IMG/VR virus record: IMGVR_UViG_2778261068_000006 | Coordinates: 1-21,391 of that record | Source: a virus | Taxonomy: Duplodnaviria > Heunggongvirae > Uroviricota > Caudoviricetes | Direction: 5' to 3' (one strand) | Length of the DNA: 21,391 nucleotides | Part shown: positions 7,700 through 16,306 of the stretch, in pieces | How the letters are laid out: the number at the start of each line of letters is the position of its first letter | How positions within the stretch are numbered: position 1 is the stretch's first letter | Notes under the pieces: model-generated | The model's input: only the letters and a program-made list of their open reading frames with translations | What the model was told of the DNA's origin: nothing | The model's database searches: none | Translations under genes and position numbers: made by a program

Positions 7700-8122
7700 G
7701 TGGCAAAAGTATTTACACAAGAAGAGCGAGAAAAAATTAAAGGGCAGGTGGTGGAACTCGTGCGCCAGAGCGGTCGAGAGACGTTACGGCAACTGGAAGC
7801 TAAAACAGGTGCGACAAGATATCTGATGAGTGTTCTCGCCAGAGAGCTGGTTGCCAGTGGCGATGTATACAACTCCGGCTACGGGTTATTCCCGTCTGAA
7901 CAGGCGCGTAAGGACTGGCAAAACGCCCGCAAAAAACTCTCGAGGGCAAAGGTGAAGAAACCTGCTGTGGTTGATCTGGACCTTATCTGGTCATTTCCTG
8001 ACGGAGAAATACGTCGCTACGACAGTCGTCTAAACATAATCTGTAGCGAGTGCCGTAAGAGAGAAGTGATGAAGCGTGTACTGATGTTTTATCGAGGAAA
8101 TATCCAGAAATTTGTTCGGTAA
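7700..8122 (+). CDS. Hypothetical protein (possible HTH; CxxC near C-terminus)
   Basis: 140-aa ORF, GTG start with strong SD aggagg at 7691-7696; no recognisable family. Confidence 0.55.
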   Translation: MAKVFTQEEREKIKGQVVELVRQSGRETLRQLEAKTGATRYLMSVLARELVASGDVYNSGYGLFPSEQARKDWQNARKKLSRAKVKKPAVVDLDLIWSFPDGEIRRYDSRLNIICSECRKREVMKRVLMFYRGNIQKFVR

Positions 8123-8259
8123 GCAAAATCAAAATGTAATAGCTCAAGTTTAAGTTGGTGTATCTACGGCGCAGAGCCATCGCCTCATCTGGCACTGCGC
8201 TAAAATCAAATTTTAGTTCCACTCTTTATTTGGTATCTGCTAAAACGCTACATAAGATT

Positions 8260-8532
8260 TTACTTTTTTAAAGAATAAGGGAATATGTGCACCATATTGG
8301 AGGCTAGTGGATATATTCCTATGCCACGAGTTGTCTTTTTTAGTTGATCTATGCTTGCTCCTTGATCGGGAGCTTGGCCTCCCCACACTGTAACCCCCTC
8401 AGGTATATCAATTGGGCGACTTTTGTTTTCATCTGTGATTTCAATAGTTTCTCCATTATTAAGTGTAATAATCAACGATGACACGTCTAGGTGTTGTGTA
8501 TTCCCATTTTTATTTTTAATGTCTATTTTCAT
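8260..8532 (-). CDS. Hypothetical protein in AT-rich island
   Basis: 90-aa ORF in markedly AT-rich segment (about 8123-8880); no clear SD; coding status uncertain. Confidence 0.3.
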   Translation of the reverse strand: MKIDIKNKNGNTQHLDVSSLIITLNNGETIEITDENKSRPIDIPEGVTVWGGQAPDQGASIDQLKKTTRGIGIYPLASNMVHIFPYSLKK

Positions 8533-8898
8533 GGCTATTTCATTATATGTTATCTGTGCTGGAGTAATAAGTTTACGGTATTAAGAAGCATTTTAACGAA
8601 ACAATCAACTGACTTATCAGTAAAGATAGCATTGTAATGCGATCTGATTGGTATCATCAGGACGCTTGTTCAAAAAAGGAGCATTAGTTGATCTTGAAAT
8701 TTTGCTCAAAATATCTAGCCTCTTGTTTAACTGCCAACTTTTGGGGGCAGTACACTCTGATGCTACACTCCTTGCAAGTTTCATTACCCCGACGTAAACA
8801 TTTATGACAGTTGCTGATTTCAAACGTCCTAAGTTGGAGCTCCCAAACGGGGCAAACAAACTACTATTACACTCTTGTTGTGCACCATGTTCCGGTGA

Positions 8899-9387
8899 AG
8901 TGATGGAGACTCTTCAGGCCTCAGGAATCGAGAACAACACGGTGTAGCGTTTATCGATGCTGATTACGACACTGACAACTGGTTTGAGCGAGCCAAAGGA
9001 ATGGAATGGGAGACCGAACGTGGGAGGCGTTGTACTATGTGTTTTGACATGCGTTTTGAGCGGACAGCGCTGTACGCCGCTGAAAATGGTTTCAGTGTGA
9101 TCAGCAGTTCACTGGGCATTTCACGCTGGAAAAATATGCAGCAGGTTAACGACTGCGGACGGCGAGCTGTCGCACATTATCCGGGAATTGTGTACTGGGA
9201 TTATAACTGGCGCAAGCAGGGGGGCTTGTCCCGCATGATTGAAATCAGCAAACGCGAACAATTCTATCAGCAGGAATATTGTGGCTGTGTGCATTCTCTG
9301 CGCGATACCAATCTACACCGCAAATCTCAGGGACGCCCTCTTATCAAAATTGGTCAACTCCACTACGGTAAAGAAGAGAAGGAGTGA
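8899..9387 (+). pseudogene. Probable 5'-truncated gene fragment encoding a Cys-rich protein (CxxC ... CGC motifs); family uncertain (possibly DUF208/QueH-like, unverified)
   Basis: Open frame runs from 8899 to stop at 9387 but the first start codon is ATG 9001; upstream in-frame sequence ([20 protein letters not shown]) looks coding yet has no start; abrupt AT-rich junction at about 8880. Confidence 0.4.
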
Positions 9388-9580
9388 TTTTATGGATCAC
9401 CTTTCTGATTGATTTCATATTGGCGAGGTTACGGGAGTTAAGTAGAATTGCTGCGGGTGCTTGAGGCTATCTGTCTCAGGCATGAATGCCAAAAGGCAGA
9501 TAGAGAAAAGCCCCAGTTAACATTACGCGTCCTGCAAGACGCTTAACATTAATCTGAGGCTCAATCTATGAACGGCAAAT

Positions 9581-10654
9581 CTAGGTTAGCCTCTTACGTG
9601 CCGAAAGGCAAGGAGTTGTATGGGTCCACCACATATTGCAATTTTTGTTCTCTCTTAAAATATATTCCACGGGTGTCATTAGCGCGAGCGCCTTATGGGG
9701 CCTTTTGCTGTTATACAGCACCAGATATTCCGCCAGCTTCTGATTAAATAGCGCCAGATCTTCAAAGAGTAAAATCTCATTAAATTCAATAAACTGCTCT
9801 CTTAACGTCCGGTTAAAACGTTCACAGATAGCGTTCATTTTTGGCGTGTAGGGATAGGTCCAGAGGTGTTTGATAGCGGCTTCCTGCAGCGTTTTGTCGA
9901 AGTTTCCCAGGAACTCTTTTCCGTTATCTGTGATTATCTGGCTGATACCGACCGGGAACAACCGGGCTGCGCGGCTGAAGAAGTGATTGACGATATCACT
10001 GTTGAGTGACGGCACAGCCAGCGCCAGCGCGTAATTGCTGCATTCGTCGATCATGGTGATGACATAGCGACGCAGTTCGCCCATTCTGAGCTCAATGGCG
10101 TCCATCCCAATGAGCTCACCTGTCTTTACCGGGCGATAGTGCTTTGGCCTGCGGGGTTTGGCAGACCGCTTTTTGACAAGCAGTGCCTTCCCCCGCGATC
10201 CCAGACGCACAGGTATCATCCGCATTTTATCATGTGCGGCAGCGATCATTCTGCCGATGGTGGAAACACTCGGACAGGCCAGATAGCGCTGTTCGCACCA
10301 GGGCTTCAGGCGAACAAAAATCTGCTCTTTACCGAGGTTCGGCAGCTCTGTCCTGAGGCGTCGAATCTCTTTCAGCACATCGGGATGCCAGTGTTTTTTT
10401 CGTCGCACCAGAGGTGCCTTACTGTGCGGGATTAGCCCCTCAGGTCCTTCCTTGTTCAGTAACTGACGCCACCAGTAAAGCGTGCGGCAGGACACGCCAA
10501 AGGCTTCAGAAGCCGCAGAAATACCGTGTTTATCCCAGAAGTGCAGAGCCTTCATTCTCATTGTTGCTGTATCAGCCATCACTGAAAGCCTCAACGCATA
10601 ATCGGCCGTTTGGTAGTACTTAGGATAGCCAACCATCAGATGCTGCATTTGCAT
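9581..10654 (-). CDS. DDE transposase (HTH + rve integrase-core), IS481-family-like
   Basis: 357-aa ORF; HTH GISAASEAFGVSCRTLYWWRQ; catalytic triad candidates D (MIDECS), D (ITDNGKEF), E (NAICERFNRT); likely true start at internal Met (MADTATMRMK, about 10579). Confidence 0.8.
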   Translation of the reverse strand: MQMQHLMVGYPKYYQTADYALRLSVMADTATMRMKALHFWDKHGISAASEAFGVSCRTLYWWRQLLNKEGPEGLIPHSKAPLVRRKKHWHPDVLKEIRRLRTELPNLGKEQIFVRLKPWCEQRYLACPSVSTIGRMIAAAHDKMRMIPVRLGSRGKALLVKKRSAKPRRPKHYRPVKTGELIGMDAIELRMGELRRYVITMIDECSNYALALAVPSLNSDIVNHFFSRAARLFPVGISQIITDNGKEFLGNFDKTLQEAAIKHLWTYPYTPKMNAICERFNRTLREQFIEFNEILLFEDLALFNQKLAEYLVLYNSKRPHKALALMTPVEYILRENKNCNMWWTHTTPCLSARKRLT

Positions 10655-10702
10655 AGTGCAATTTCCCCTTACTTATCCTGAGGTAATTGCAATATCTCTG
10701 TG
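9581..10702 (-). mobile_element. Insertion sequence, IS481-family-like (single-ORF DDE transposase); boundaries approximate
   Basis: Transposase ORF plus candidate imperfect terminal inverted repeats CACATATTGCAATT (9630-9643) and AATTGCAATATCTCTGTG (10685-10702); no clean target-site duplication found, so ends are uncertain. Confidence 0.6.
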
Positions 10703-10725
10703 AACTTACACAGGAGAAGCAGGCT

Positions 10726-10881
10726 ATGAAGCAGCAAAAGGCGATGTTAATCGCCCTGATCGTCATCTGTTTAACCGTCATAGTGACGGCACTGGTAACG
10801 AGGAAAGACCTCTGCGAGGTACGAATCCGAACCGGACAGACGGAGGTCGCTGTTTTCGTAGACTACGAATCTAGAGAGTAA
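10726..10881 (+). CDS. hokD: Hok/Gef-family type I toxin (HokD-like)
   Basis: 51-aa product MKQQKAMLIALIVICLTVIVTALVTRKDLCEVRIRTGQTEVAVFVDYESRE matches the Hok family (single TM, conserved LCE.R..G..EVAA/VF); SD aggag at 10712-10716. Confidence 0.85.
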   Translation: MKQQKAMLIALIVICLTVIVTALVTRKDLCEVRIRTGQTEVAVFVDYESRE

Positions 10882-10950
10882 GAGTGACCAGGCGGGAGAG
10901 TAATCTCCCGCCACCTCTGATATGTCAGGCATCCTCAATGCACCCGCACT

Positions 10951-10976
10951 TAACCCGCTTCGGCGGGTTTTTTGTT
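10951..10976 (+). terminator. Rho-independent terminator downstream of hok
   Basis: aacccgc-ttcg-gcgggtt hairpin followed by TTTTTTGTTGTTT; preceded by 9-bp-stem hairpin ggcgggaga/tctcccgcc at 10891-10912 (hok mRNA 3' fold-back-like). Confidence 0.8.
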
Positions 10977-11156
10977 GTTTATTTTTAGTGGGGTTGATCT
11001 TTTTGATTGCGTCATCACGTTTGCCTGTAAAGGCGTCGCGGATGTATTGAACAGATAATGAGCCAACATAGAATCAAAAATTCTTAAGTAGCGCGCAGGG
11101 AGAAGATGGATGGACCCCAAACAGGGGAGTGCTATTTATCTGGAAGGATTCTGTTG

Positions 11157-11417
11157 ATGAAAATCGAAGAATTACGTGAAATTTTTAGTGAAGATGGCCT
11201 CTATACTGTGCGCGTTGAGAATGGCGCTATTGTCAGCCACTGCCGTATTAAATGTTTACAGTCTCAACAAAGGAAGAGTGGAGCTGCGTTAATTCATTTG
11301 GTGGATGGGCTTGTGACGGATGGTTTTATTTTGCGTGCAAATGAATTTGTCACATCGTTGTCGTCTCTGAAAGAAGCTGGGATTAAGGCTGGTTTTTCTG
11401 CTTTTGAAGATGAGTGA
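11157..11417 (+). CDS. Hypothetical protein (Rem-like position in Qin-type prophages)
   Basis: 86-aa ORF from ATG 11157 with SD ggaagga 9 nt upstream; the track ORF starts earlier at 11106. Confidence 0.5.
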   Translation: MKIEELREIFSEDGLYTVRVENGAIVSHCRIKCLQSQQRKSGAALIHLVDGLVTDGFILRANEFVTSLSSLKEAGIKAGFSAFEDE

Positions 11418-11483
11418 ATTCATCTACAATTCAGCGCAGGGCTGAACCCCTGTTGAGTAACACTGTGCCACCGGAGAAAGCCG

Positions 11484-11762
11484 ATGGCGCAAAATTCCAG
11501 ATCACACAATTCTGATAATCTCGCTGTCTTTGCCAGCAGGCACGGGCGGCATTCGCACGCATTCAAATCTGACTGGTTCCAGCATGATCCATGCACTGAA
11601 GAACAGGCAGAGTGGCTAATTCAGAACTACCGCAGACGTGGGTATGAGTTCAGGAAAGCCCTCAGCCTCGATTATCGTCTCTGGATAATCTACGTCAGAC
11701 TCCCTTATTCCGAACGCCCACCGCGTCCGTCCCGCACATTCCAGCAACGCATCTGGAGGTAA
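11484..11762 (+). CDS. Hypothetical protein
   Basis: 92-aa ORF with SD ggag upstream; basic, GC-rich; tightly packed before DUF968 gene. Confidence 0.45.
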   Translation: MAQNSRSHNSDNLAVFASRHGRHSHAFKSDWFQHDPCTEEQAEWLIQNYRRRGYEFRKALSLDYRLWIIYVRLPYSERPPRPSRTFQQRIWR

Positions 11763-11763
11763 C

Positions 11764-12819
11764 GTGCGGGTATTACTTCGACCTGTTCCCGTACCGGAAC
11801 TTGGGCTGGTGGTGCTAAAGCCGGGGCGTGAATCTATGCCGGTATTTCACAATCCCCGGGTGCTGGTGGAGCCGGAACCAAAAATCATGCGCAGTCTGCC
11901 GTCCGGAGTCGTTCCTGCCGTTCGCCAGCCGCTGGCGGAGGATAAATCATTACTGCCATTTTTCAGCGATGAGCGGGTGATTCGTGCTGCTGGCGGCGCT
12001 GGTGCACTGTCTGACTGGCTGTTGCGCCATATTAAATCCTGCCAGTGGCCACACGGCGATTATCATCACAGCGAAACCGTCATTCACCGTTATGGTACCG
12101 GCGCCATGGTGTTGTGCTGGCACTGCGACAACCAGCTGCGTGACCAGACATCCGAATCACTCGGGCAACTTGCTCATCAAAACTTGTCAGCATGGATGAT
12201 TGACGTCATCCGTCACGCAATGAATGGCACACAGGAGCGGGAATTATCGCTGGCTGAATTATCCTGGTGGGCGGTCTGCAATCAGGTAGCGGACGCGCTA
12301 CCGGAGGCAGTATTACGTCGTTCTCTGGGGTTACGTGCGGAAAAAATCCACTCGGTATATCGCGAAAGCGACATCGTACCGGGAGAGCAGACCGCCACCA
12401 GCATACTGAAGCAGCGCACAAAAAATCTTGCGCCGCTGCCTCACGCCCACCAGCAAAACCCGCCACAGGAAAAGACGGTGGTCAGCATTGCCGTTGATCC
12501 GGAGTCACCGGCTCAGTATCTCCAGCGCCAGAAACCACAACGGGAAGAGATGCCTGTATACACGCGCTGGGTAAAAACGCAGAAATGCATGACGTGCGGT
12601 AATCAGGCAGATGATCCGCATCACATCATTGGTCATGGACTGGGAGGAATGGGAACAAAGGCTGATGATTTGTTTGTTATTCCGCTGTGCCGTAAATGTC
12701 ATAACGAACTGCACGCCGGGGTAAAAGATTTTGAAGAAAAACACGGCAGCCAGCTGTTGTTGCTGATTCGTTTTTTAATGCACGCGAGAAATTCGGGTGT
12801 CCTGAAGTGGAAAGCATGA
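11764..12819 (+). CDS. DUF968-family protein (YdfU-like) with C-terminal Cys/His zinc-binding motif
   Basis: 351-aa ORF (GTG start); C-terminus CMTCGNQADDPHHIIGHGLGG...IPLCRKCHNELH; immediately followed by rusA and Q, as ydfU precedes quuQ in Qin. Confidence 0.7.
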   Translation: MRVLLRPVPVPELGLVVLKPGRESMPVFHNPRVLVEPEPKIMRSLPSGVVPAVRQPLAEDKSLLPFFSDERVIRAAGGAGALSDWLLRHIKSCQWPHGDYHHSETVIHRYGTGAMVLCWHCDNQLRDQTSESLGQLAHQNLSAWMIDVIRHAMNGTQERELSLAELSWWAVCNQVADALPEAVLRRSLGLRAEKIHSVYRESDIVPGEQTATSILKQRTKNLAPLPHAHQQNPPQEKTVVSIAVDPESPAQYLQRQKPQREEMPVYTRWVKTQKCMTCGNQADDPHHIIGHGLGGMGTKADDLFVIPLCRKCHNELHAGVKDFEEKHGSQLLLLIRFLMHARNSGVLKWKA

Positions 12820-13185
12820 ATGACTGAACGCATAGAATTTGCTTTGCCTTACCCGCCGACGGTGAATACCTACTGGCGACGTCATGGCAATACGTATTTC
12901 ATCTCGGAGGCGGGAAAGCGTTATCGCCGTGATGTGGCGCTAATTGTTCGCCAGCAGCGGCTGAAATTAAACCTGTCCGGAAGGCTGGCGATAAAGATTA
13001 TTGCAGAGCCACCGGATAAGCGCCGTCGTGACCTGGACAATATCCTGAAAGCACCACTGGATGCGCTGACGCATGCCGGACTACTCATCGACGACGAGCA
13101 GTTTGATGAAATCAATATTGTGCGCGGTCAGCTCGTTCCTGGTGGGCGGCTGGGGATAAAAATCACAGAACTGGAGTGCGCATGA
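12820..13185 (+). CDS. rusA: RusA Holliday-junction resolvase
   Basis: 121-aa product; PYPPTVNTYWRRH, PDKRRRDLDNILKAPLDALT and GGRLGIKITELE align to E. coli RusA (PWPPSNNRYYRH..., [31 protein letters not shown]). Confidence 0.9.
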   Translation: MTERIEFALPYPPTVNTYWRRHGNTYFISEAGKRYRRDVALIVRQQRLKLNLSGRLAIKIIAEPPDKRRRDLDNILKAPLDALTHAGLLIDDEQFDEINIVRGQLVPGGRLGIKITELECA

Positions 13186-13871
13186 ATAACCAGTATTTAC
13201 AGTTTGTGCGTGAGCAGCTCATTGTCGCTACCGCTGATTTGAGTGGGGCAACAAAAGGTCAGCTTGAAGCCTGGCAAGAGAATGCCATGTTCGATACAGG
13301 GCGTTACAGGCGAAAAAAAATCCGGTACCGCGATGAAGTGACTGGAAAAATGATAACGCGGGATAATCCACCAATCCCGGGGAAGCAATCGCTGGCGAAG
13401 GGGACGTCAATTCCTCTGGTCAGTCCGGTTGAGTTTTCGACATCATCGTGGCGGCGGGCTGTTCTGTCTCTTGAAGAGCATCATAAAGCCTGGTTGTTGT
13501 GGTGTTACGGCGGAAACATTTGCTGGGAGCATCAGATCGCGATAACGCAGTGGGTGTGGAATGAATTTAAAACCCAGTCTGGTACCAGAAAAATTGCAGG
13601 AAAAACGCTGGAGCGTGTGAAGAAGTTGATATGGCTGGCGGCACAGGATGTCAGAGGATGGGTTACCGGGAGCGAGGTCTACCAGCGGCAGGAGCTTGCC
13701 AGACTGTGTGGAGTTAAGCCAGACAACTGGAGCCATAATTATGCGAACTACTGGCGTGAGATGTGCGACATTTTTAAGAATCTCGATACAGAATCCTTGA
13801 TTTCCACCGTGAAAAAGAGAACGCAACAAAAAGCGATCTTTTCACGACGAGATATTGCAAAAGTCAATTAA
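13176..13871 (+). CDS. Late-gene antiterminator, Q-like (QuuQ-like)
   Basis: 231-aa ORF between rusA and a tR'-type terminator; alternative start ATG 13182 gives ATGA coupling with rusA stop; call is largely positional. Confidence 0.55.
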   Translation: MRMNNQYLQFVREQLIVATADLSGATKGQLEAWQENAMFDTGRYRRKKIRYRDEVTGKMITRDNPPIPGKQSLAKGTSIPLVSPVEFSTSSWRRAVLSLEEHHKAWLLWCYGGNICWEHQIAITQWVWNEFKTQSGTRKIAGKTLERVKKLIWLAAQDVRGWVTGSEVYQRQELARLCGVKPDNWSHNYANYWREMCDIFKNLDTESLISTVKKRTQQKAIFSRRDIAKVN

Positions 13872-13934
13872 ATCGCGTACATTTTGTGTAAATCTGATAT
13901 TTTGCCGATTTTGTATGCGATGGCAAAGTAAGCA

Positions 13935-13960
13935 AAACCCGCCGATAAGCGGGTTTTTTG
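13935..13960 (+). terminator. tR'-like intrinsic terminator downstream of Q (late promoter PR'/qut expected at 13850-13934)
   Basis: aaacccgc-cgataa-gcgggttt perfect 8-bp stem followed by TTTTTTG; candidate promoter TTGCAA (13855-13860), 17 bp, TACATT. Confidence 0.8.
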
Positions 13961-13967
13961 TATTACA

Positions 13968-14864
13968 ATGCATGCGTTTAATTACTTTTTGGACCATTGC
14001 AACATGAAATCAGATAAGGCAGAAAACTTAGAGAATCCACTCGAACGTAATGATTTTACAATTGATGACTTCCACCATGTTCTTAGGGAGTTTGATAAAG
14101 CTGTTTGTGAAGCCAATGCGGTAAGTCAGGGAGTAGGTGTGCGAATGGCTGAGGCTTATCAAGGTTGGTCAACATATATATTTGCACGAATTTGCATTCA
14201 TGCTTCGATTATGATTTCTAATGTTCCTAAGTCCAGATGGGCTAAGCGAGATTACGATTTCTGGGATTTTGCTTCTATAGCATCTCATGTCAGGGCGATC
14301 CTTGAAGCTGAACTTCTGTTTATGTATTTGTCTGAAGCACCAGATTCAGAAGAGGCTTGGTCAGCAAAGCTAAATGTTATGCACATGAATGATTGTGTAA
14401 AAAGGATAGAATTATTCACGCAAAGTGATAATACAGAAGCATTAGGGTTTTATAATGAGCAACAGAGTATAATTGCGGAAAGACTCAATAAAAACCCTGC
14501 TTTTTTATCACTTGATAGTGGTACTAGGAAACGTTGCTTGTCAGGCAAGGCTTTAACAATTCCTAATAGAGACGATTTATTGATTAAACTAGGGAAAGAC
14601 CCAAAATCGTTTAAAGTGATGTTTGATTTTCTATCGCATTACACACACATACTCCCTATGTCATATTACAAAATGGAACCGAATGGGAGAGGGACTGGTT
14701 GTTTTAACAAGTTCGATTTTGGATATATAATAATGGGTATGTTGCTATGTACTGAATCTTTGATTAAGTGTACTGAACGGTTGGTGGATATTTTCCCTGA
14801 TGTTAAACGGTTAAGAAAAGGAACTAAATCAAAATTTACATTGGGCCCTAAACCAACAAAATAA
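13968..14864 (+). CDS. Hypothetical protein, AT-rich late-region cargo gene in the Q-tR'-holin slot; function unknown
   Basis: 298-aa ORF (alternative start ATG 14004, MKSDKAENL...); clearly lower GC than flanking phage genes; no signal peptide or TM segment evident; no family recognised. Confidence 0.7.
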   Translation: MHAFNYFLDHCNMKSDKAENLENPLERNDFTIDDFHHVLREFDKAVCEANAVSQGVGVRMAEAYQGWSTYIFARICIHASIMISNVPKSRWAKRDYDFWDFASIASHVRAILEAELLFMYLSEAPDSEEAWSAKLNVMHMNDCVKRIELFTQSDNTEALGFYNEQQSIIAERLNKNPAFLSLDSGTRKRCLSGKALTIPNRDDLLIKLGKDPKSFKVMFDFLSHYTHILPMSYYKMEPNGRGTGCFNKFDFGYIIMGMLLCTESLIKCTERLVDIFPDVKRLRKGTKSKFTLGPKPTK

Positions 14865-15030
14865 AATTAGCTAGAGTTTCTCCACTTCGAAGGCTCCCAA
14901 TGGGGGCTTTTGCATTTCAGGAGCTGGAAATCACTTTCACTTCCCCTTTGGTATAAGGGGGTGAGTCTGAGCTCCATTCCTCTCCTTACATTTTTTTCTC
15001 AGAGAACCCACAGTCATAAGAGGTGGCTTA

Positions 15031-15417
15031 ATGTCCGATCCTATTTCCGGTACTGGGTTAGCCGGAGGAGTTCTAACGGGAGTTAGTATTTATGGCCTGT
15101 TTACAGGTACGGATTATGGTGTTGTATTTGGCGCATTTGCAGGAGCTGTTTTCTACATAGCGACAACTGCAGATCTGACGGCAACGCTCCGACTGGCATA
15201 TTTCATCGTGTCATATATCGCTGGGGTTTTGTGTTCTGGGTTAGTTGGTTCCAAACTGGCGAATTTGACCGGATACAGTGATAAACCTCTGGATGCTATT
15301 GGTGCCGTAATCGTCTCTGCTTTAGCCGTTAAAATCCTGACGTTTCTGAATAACCAGGGTATCGGTTCGCTGGTGGCGCTCATAACGCGCCGGGGAGGTT
15401 CAGGTGGTACAAAATGA
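15031..15417 (+). CDS. Holin (multi-TM small membrane protein)
   Basis: 128-aa ORF with SD gaggtgg; hydrophobic segments GVLTGVSIYGLF, FGAFAGAVFYIATT, AYFIVSYIAGVLCSGLVG, AIGAVIVSALAV; first gene of lysis cassette. Confidence 0.7.
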   Translation: MSDPISGTGLAGGVLTGVSIYGLFTGTDYGVVFGAFAGAVFYIATTADLTATLRLAYFIVSYIAGVLCSGLVGSKLANLTGYSDKPLDAIGAVIVSALAVKILTFLNNQGIGSLVALITRRGGSGGTK

Positions 15418-15685
15418 CCTATCGGCAACTTTTAATGCATTGCTTTGTGCTGGGGTAGTGTTAACCCTGATGTTTTACCGTCGCGGCGACTCGCGACATC
15501 GGCCGTGGATATCTCGTTTAGCGTGGCTGCTTACGGTCATGTACAGTGCCGTTCCGCTGGCGTATCTGTGCGGTATTTACCCGTACTCATCATGGGGCAC
15601 TATCGGGGCCAACATTATTTTCCTCTCTGTGCTGGTAGCCGTCAGAGGCAACGTGGCACGTCTGGTTGATCATCTGAGGCGCTAA
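15404..15685 (+). CDS. Small membrane protein of lysis cassette (holin/antiholin-like)
   Basis: 93-aa ORF, GTG start with SD ggggagg; overlaps holin stop by 14 nt and endolysin start by 1 nt; two to three predicted TM helices. Confidence 0.5.
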   Translation: MVQNDLSATFNALLCAGVVLTLMFYRRGDSRHRPWISRLAWLLTVMYSAVPLAYLCGIYPYSSWGTIGANIIFLSVLVAVRGNVARLVDHLRR

Positions 15686-16299
15686 TGAACCAATCACAAT
15701 TTCAGCAGGCGGCTGGTATCAGCGCCGGGCTTTCTGCGCGCTGGTTTCCGCACATTGATGCGGCATTGAAAGAGTTTGAAATCACAGCAGTTAACGATCA
15801 GGCCATGTTCATTGCACAAGTTGGGCACGAATCGGCCGGTTTTACCTCGCTGGTGGAGAGCTTTAACTATTCGGTAGAGGGTCTGAAGAAAACCTTTGGT
15901 AAACGCCTGACTCCGTATCAGTGTGAAATGTTGGGACGTATCGATGGTAGGCAGATAGCCCACCAGCAGCAAATAGCCAATTTGGTTTACGGTAACCGCC
16001 TGGGGAATAACAGCCAAGGGGATGGCTGGAAATATCGTGGTCGTGGCCTGCTTCAAATCACCGGCCGGGAGAACTACGCCAAATGCGGTACGGCGCTGAA
16101 GCTTGATCTAATCGGTACACCAGAGTTGCTGACGCAGGAGAAGCATGCTGCCCGTTCTGCTGCTTGGTTTTTCACGTTACGTGGTTGTCTCCTTTACTCG
16201 GGAGAGCTGGAGCGCGTCACGCAGATTATTAATGGCGGGCAGAACGGCATTAAAGACCGTCGTGAACGTTACGCCAAAGCTAAAGCCGCACTGGTGTGA
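15685..16299 (+). CDS. Endolysin, glycoside hydrolase family 19 (chitinase-like lysozyme)
   Basis: 204-aa product with GH19 motifs FIAQVGHESAGF and YRGRGLLQITGRENY. Confidence 0.8.
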   Translation: MNQSQFQQAAGISAGLSARWFPHIDAALKEFEITAVNDQAMFIAQVGHESAGFTSLVESFNYSVEGLKKTFGKRLTPYQCEMLGRIDGRQIAHQQQIANLVYGNRLGNNSQGDGWKYRGRGLLQITGRENYAKCGTALKLDLIGTPELLTQEKHAARSAAWFFTLRGCLLYSGELERVTQIINGGQNGIKDRRERYAKAKAALV

Positions 16300-16306
16300 G
16301 GTCACT

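Noticed and set aside
10582-10654. N-terminal 25 residues of the transposase ORF as annotated in the track (MQMQHLMVGYPKYYQ...)
   Set aside because: Probably a spurious upstream extension; the family-typical HTH starts after the internal Met (MADTATMRMK), so the real start is likely about 10579.
10687-10725. Upstream in-frame extension of hok (MQYLCELTQEKQA...) as a possible mok reading frame
   Set aside because: mok normally overlaps hok in a different frame; this extension is in the same frame and starts inside the candidate IS terminal repeat, so it is more likely fortuitous.
13968-14864. Possible ADP-ribosyltransferase-like R ... S-T-x ... E-x-E arrangement in the 298-aa cargo protein (R59, STY 68-70, EAE 113-115)
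   Set aside because: Spacing and context do not fit canonical R-S-E toxins and such short motifs occur by chance; not reported as a claim without profile or structure support.
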